Origin: Diadema antillarum
Lineage: Eukaryota
Assembly: GCF_040938485.1 (NCBI RefSeq)
Contig: NW_027270918.1
Location: forward strand, 806,001 to 870,000
Reading direction: 5' to 3'
Length of the DNA stretch: 64,000 bases
Within the stretch, counting starts at the first letter, position 1, and every line of letters begins with the position of its first letter. Shown here one piece after another: positions 60,217-64,000 of this stretch. Below the pieces are notes generated by a model, which was not told the origin of the DNA, did not search any database, and saw only the letters and a list, made by a program, of their open reading frames with translations. Made by a program: the position numbers and the translations under genes.

Positions 60217-62378
60217 GTGAGACCTTCACAATTGAAATTAAATTTTAGGCCTTGAAATTAACACTTGGGCAATATGCTGGGGGGGGGGGGGGAGCTGTGC
60301 TAAAGGTAGATGCCTAATTGGCCCCCTAAATCCCAGGATTGCCCTCAAACATGTTGTTACAATGTTCGATGTCCAAGCCAAACTCTGTCATGCTCACCTT
60401 CAATGTAACTTGTTATGTTTTCAAGATCCAACGTCAACGATGTTCATCTTATTTTAACCTTTCAATTTATTAACGTGTGTATTTACTGTTAGAATTTAGA
60501 AAAGTCCTTTTTTAATCAGTAAAATGTAGATTCTAGACAATAGAAATCTAGATTTACCCATTTAATCAGGGTAGGGCTTGATTAAAAAGCCAAAGGGGAT
60601 GGCTAGTATTACTGATCAGTGGGAATCAGTGGGAATGCTGGGGGATGATTGTTCCAATTCTTGTGGGATTCATTTAAGAGTACATTAGTCATAATACCTC
60701 ATATCTATTGCTTTTTTCCCCCCAAATCTGCCAAAGATTGGAACTCCCTCCCCCACTCATTAATTTCCATCAAGGACTCAATGATATTCAAACAAAAGCT
60801 AAAGAGCACCCAGCTCGATTAGATACCGTTCCCTCACAGACCGCTATCAACGTTGAGTGATGTTCCGGATGGAGCTTTTCAACCGTGATACCGTGAAACC
60901 GTGAAACCGTTGTGTGAAAATTATTTGCTTCAGAATTGTGTCATATTCAAGTAATGTGCAGTTAATGCCCCGTCATTGGCGTCACTGTACAGGCATGCTA
61001 TCCTGGAAACATTAAACTGCACATTACTTGAATATGAGACCATTCTGAATTACATAATTTTCACACAACAATAGATACATAATGTACTCTTAAATGAATC
61101 CCACAAGGATTGGAACAATCATCCCCCAGCATTCCCACTGATTCCCACTGATCAGTTACTAGCCATCCGGGATGCTGTAACCAGTGTGTGTTGGGGTCGC
61201 TGGTGAGATTAGGTAGGGCTAAGGCAATGGGTTCTGTCACTTCTAACATAGCAAGCTTTTGAGTATAGATTTAGATCGGAGATCTGCAACGCGAAAGCTT
61301 GTTAGATGACGCAGCCTCATCTCGGCGATCCCAGACTGGACCCAGGTTGAACAATGGAAATAATTTTCTCACACATGTGCAGAACATACCTGCCAACCAT
61401 TCCGATTTTGTTGGAATCTTTGTGATTTTTTAACTCAAAATTCTGATTTTTTTGGTAATAAATCAGTATAATAGTGTTGAAAATATTGAAATGGCAGTAT
61501 ATTAATCGTACCAGTTGACAACTCCTTGTCATTTGCAAATTTATCTATGCATTAGATTCTAGACATTCAATCATACATTGTGTATGTAGGCCTACAACCT
61601 TTAACATTACACACTGTACCTGGCTAGAGATCTGTGGTGTGTGCAGATATAGGGGATGAATTTCTTCATATTTTTGTTTGTCCCTTTTTTGCACAAAGAG
61701 AGACTAATGTACAGTGTATTTACCTAGTAGCTTGACGGCTAGTAGACCAAGTGCTCTACATATGGCCAAACTATTCAATTCAGCTAATGCTTGCCATTTG
61801 AAAAAAGAAAAAAAAAACTAGCCAAATTTGTCAGAATGATTATGTTTCAGTTTTCTTCATAACCAAAGAAGAAAGAGTAGTTTTGTAGAAAGTAAAGTAG
61901 ATGTGAATGTGTGTACATATGATATAGTGGTAGAGTAGTTAAACATCCTTTATGCCTTGATTTGTAAACATGTTTATTCATATCTGTTATTTTCACATAT
62001 ACATAGTACATGTACATTATTACTTACATTTTTGTAAATATGTTTGTACTCTCATACCCCGAGAGGGGGTCAATGGAGTCGATAAAATCTTACAAATCTC
62101 ACAGATCTTACTAGTAGGCTTTATAGGCTACTGCATTAAAAAAAGAAATTTAGTTGTTATTTTTGCCATTAAGCATTCATGGAAAGAGAATCGAAGCATT
62201 TAATTAACTATCTCACATGCATTCTTTAGATACGATGGGCCTCTCCTCACTGAGAACCTGTTCCTATCAGCTGTTGAGGCTGGACCAAGTTCCCCAGACT
62301 TCACTGGCGTGGTGGCATGGCTCTCTGCACAGCTCTGCAGCCTGTGTGAACTTGAAGCATCCGTATCCCCAACTCAAA
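60161..62378 (+). CDS. FAM98: FAM98-family protein (tRNA-ligase-complex / DDX1 partner family); first two coding exons, gene continues beyond window
   Basis: Exon 60161-60216 (MGSLSAQECDILDSLDDLG, donor GTGAGA) joins exon 62230-62378 (YDGPLLTENLFLSAVEAGPSSPDFTGVVAWLSAQLCSLCELEASVSPTQ, donor GTAAGC). This matches the recalled FAM98A N-terminus DILESLEDLGYKGPLL...SSPEFTKLCAWL. Neither exon is in the ORF track in this frame. Confidence 0.88.
60594..61168. mobile_element. Family B MITE carrying a nested LINE 3' fragment
   Basis: Same arms as 23947-24262, interrupted at 60711-60909. Confidence 0.8.
60711..60909 (+). mobile_element. 5'-truncated LINE (CR1/L2-group ORF2 C-terminus + 3'UTR + GTGAAACC tandem tail)
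   Basis: FFPPKSAKDWNSLPHSLISIKDSMIFKQKLK...* resembles the FFPRTxxxWNxLP end of this group; tail CCGTGATACCGTGAAACCGTGAAACCG. Confidence 0.75.
62230..62378 (+). CDS. FAM98: FAM98 coding exon 2
   Basis: ctttag|A TAC GAT GGG CCT CTC...CAA A|GTAAGC. Confidence 0.88.
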
Positions 62379-62659
62379 GTAAGCAAATATATGCATAGCG
62401 CAATGCGGATATATTTTCATGTTCAGCTCGACCAAACTGCATCGAGGTTGCACAAATTTTTTCCCCAATATGTGTTGGGTTCAGTTACACTTAATGTAAA
62501 TTTAAAGGACAGCGAGTTGTGGGAAGTACTGATATATATCTCTGTTGATGTTTGACATCATTGCTCATTTTGATAGCACAGGTATGGCTGAGTATTCTGT
62601 GTTAGCAAGTGCCGACTTTGAGATCTGGTACTCAGTGGACCATGGCTATTTGTCTATTT

Positions 62660-62843
62660 CAGGGGTCGCACTTAACTTTTTTTTAAACTAGCCAGGCGGA
62701 CTACTTAGAATCAATTTTGACACTGAAGCAATATTTTGGCTAGCCAGACGGACTAGTAACTTCAGAATTTTATGATTTTTGGCTAGTCCGACGTGATTTT
62801 GGGTGGCCAATGGCCAGCGGACCATCGCCAATTTCGAACCCTG
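62660..62843. mobile_element. Small MITE CAGGGGTCGCA...TTCGAACCCTG, flanked by TATTT on both sides
   Basis: Imperfect TIRs; 5-bp direct flanks 62655-62659 and 62844-62848. Confidence 0.5.
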
Positions 62844-62869
62844 TATTTAGTGATGATGTGAATAGAATT

Positions 62870-63218
62870 GAACATATTTTCATTTTTCTAGCATAATGAA
62901 AGAACGCTTGGCTTACCTCTTTCAAAAAGCAGGGAGAATAACATTGCCCTTTACATATATGTCAATCACAAGTCTAAAAGGAATTTCTGCTTTTCGTAAA
63001 AATGACATTTTGTGGGATTCTCTTTGTATTTTTGTCCTCACTGAATTTTTGTAGTTTGCTCATGAATCCTTCAATGGTTACCGGTAGCACCAAAATTTCA
63101 AAAAAATTCATTACTTTTGAACGGATTGTCTGATTTTCTTCAAATGTCACTGATGTGTTGTACTAATAGCACTACATAATTTACTCAATCCACATTATAT
63201 TTGGGATCATTCCCCTAT
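62870..63218. mobile_element. Old diverged relative of family C (fragment)
   Basis: Shares TTTCAAAAAAATTCATTACTTTTGAACGGATTGTCTGATTTTC and ATGTGTTGTACTAAT with family C. Confidence 0.6.
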
Positions 63219-64000
63219 GAGTCCAGATAGTCACCCGAATATCACTCTGTAGAAGTTAATATCATGATATGTCAGTGGATTTATAAATGGAGATTCTGTG
63301 GTGCTGCTGAGATACTTATTGCATCATGCAATGAACTCTCTTGTCTGTTGCCTATACCTCCATTATTTGTTGCATTGCATGGAGCACTGCTTGTGAGAGT
63401 TGATAACTGGGGACCTCTTGGACTGTTAATTCAATCTGACCTTGACATATCAGTAGAAAAGGAAAACTGCAATGTCTACGCATAACAATTGTATGTAATG
63501 TAGACTGGATCTTAAACAGATGAAAATGATTGCACAAGTGAGCAAAACTTACATCTGCATGTTGTAGGTGTACAGTTGTATCTCAAGATGAGTTCTTTTA
63601 CTAAACAAACAAATCACTGTTTTCTAGATGGTGGAACTGTGGTTCCTGTTTTGTTAGTTTTTTCTTTTCATACCTTAGGATATATGTCTGTCAAGCTCAG
63701 AAAAAACTTTTCTTTTTTTTTCTTCTTTTTTACTGGTGCTCTTTCACTTAGATTAAATTAAAATCATTTTCAATTCATGAGCACCAATCATTCATTGCTT
63801 AATAGAAAGTAACAATTATGAACAGTGCTGAATAAAAATTTGATGTGATAATTACATTGTATTACACGAATGTTAATATATAACACTATAAGTGAATGAT
63901 ATCCATGGACTGTAAGAAGTACAACTTGTAATTAGGAGTCCATTAACATGATAATATACAAATTGTGATACATTTTACTCACACACAGAGTACAAGAGAA

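Noticed and set aside
62379-64000. FAM98 exon 3
   Set aside because: No acceptor-bounded phase-1 frame resembling FQLEVSGLL/CPY was found; it probably lies beyond the window.

Overview
Spliced, repeat-rich eukaryotic DNA with four N-gaps. Intron positions and repeat content fit an invertebrate deuterostome, probably an echinoderm (inference). I reconstructed four host genes exon by exon by hand. (1) An SLC3 heavy-chain gene (rBAT/4F2hc family), minus strand, 10 exons, last exon beyond the left edge. (2) A complete ALDH6A1/MMSDH, plus strand, 13 exons, 527 aa. (3) A complete PSMD8/Rpn12, minus strand, 7 exons, 264 aa. (4) The first two coding exons of a FAM98-family gene, plus strand, head-to-head with PSMD8 and 312 bp between start codons. 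Between SLC3 and ALDH6A1 is a full-length L2/CR1-group LINE with two open ORFs, inserted into a TTAA-flanked MITE, which fixes its ends exactly. ALDH6A1 intron 1 hides a decayed antisense K/E-rich + PHD-finger reading frame that the ORF track missed. The rest is a dense set of non-autonomous DNA elements (TTAA/AGG Kolobok-like, AWWT Sola1-like, hAT-like, Helentron-associated), a SINE and microsatellites. I saw no rRNA, tRNA gene or CRISPR array. Nothing here proves a new biological system. The best leads are the intact LINE with an unusual ORF1, the rBAT/4F2hc mosaic SLC3 protein, the tight PSMD8-FAM98 bidirectional unit, the hidden PHD frame, and a double-CRE site with a candidate alternative first exon. 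Human comparisons are from memory and need verification.
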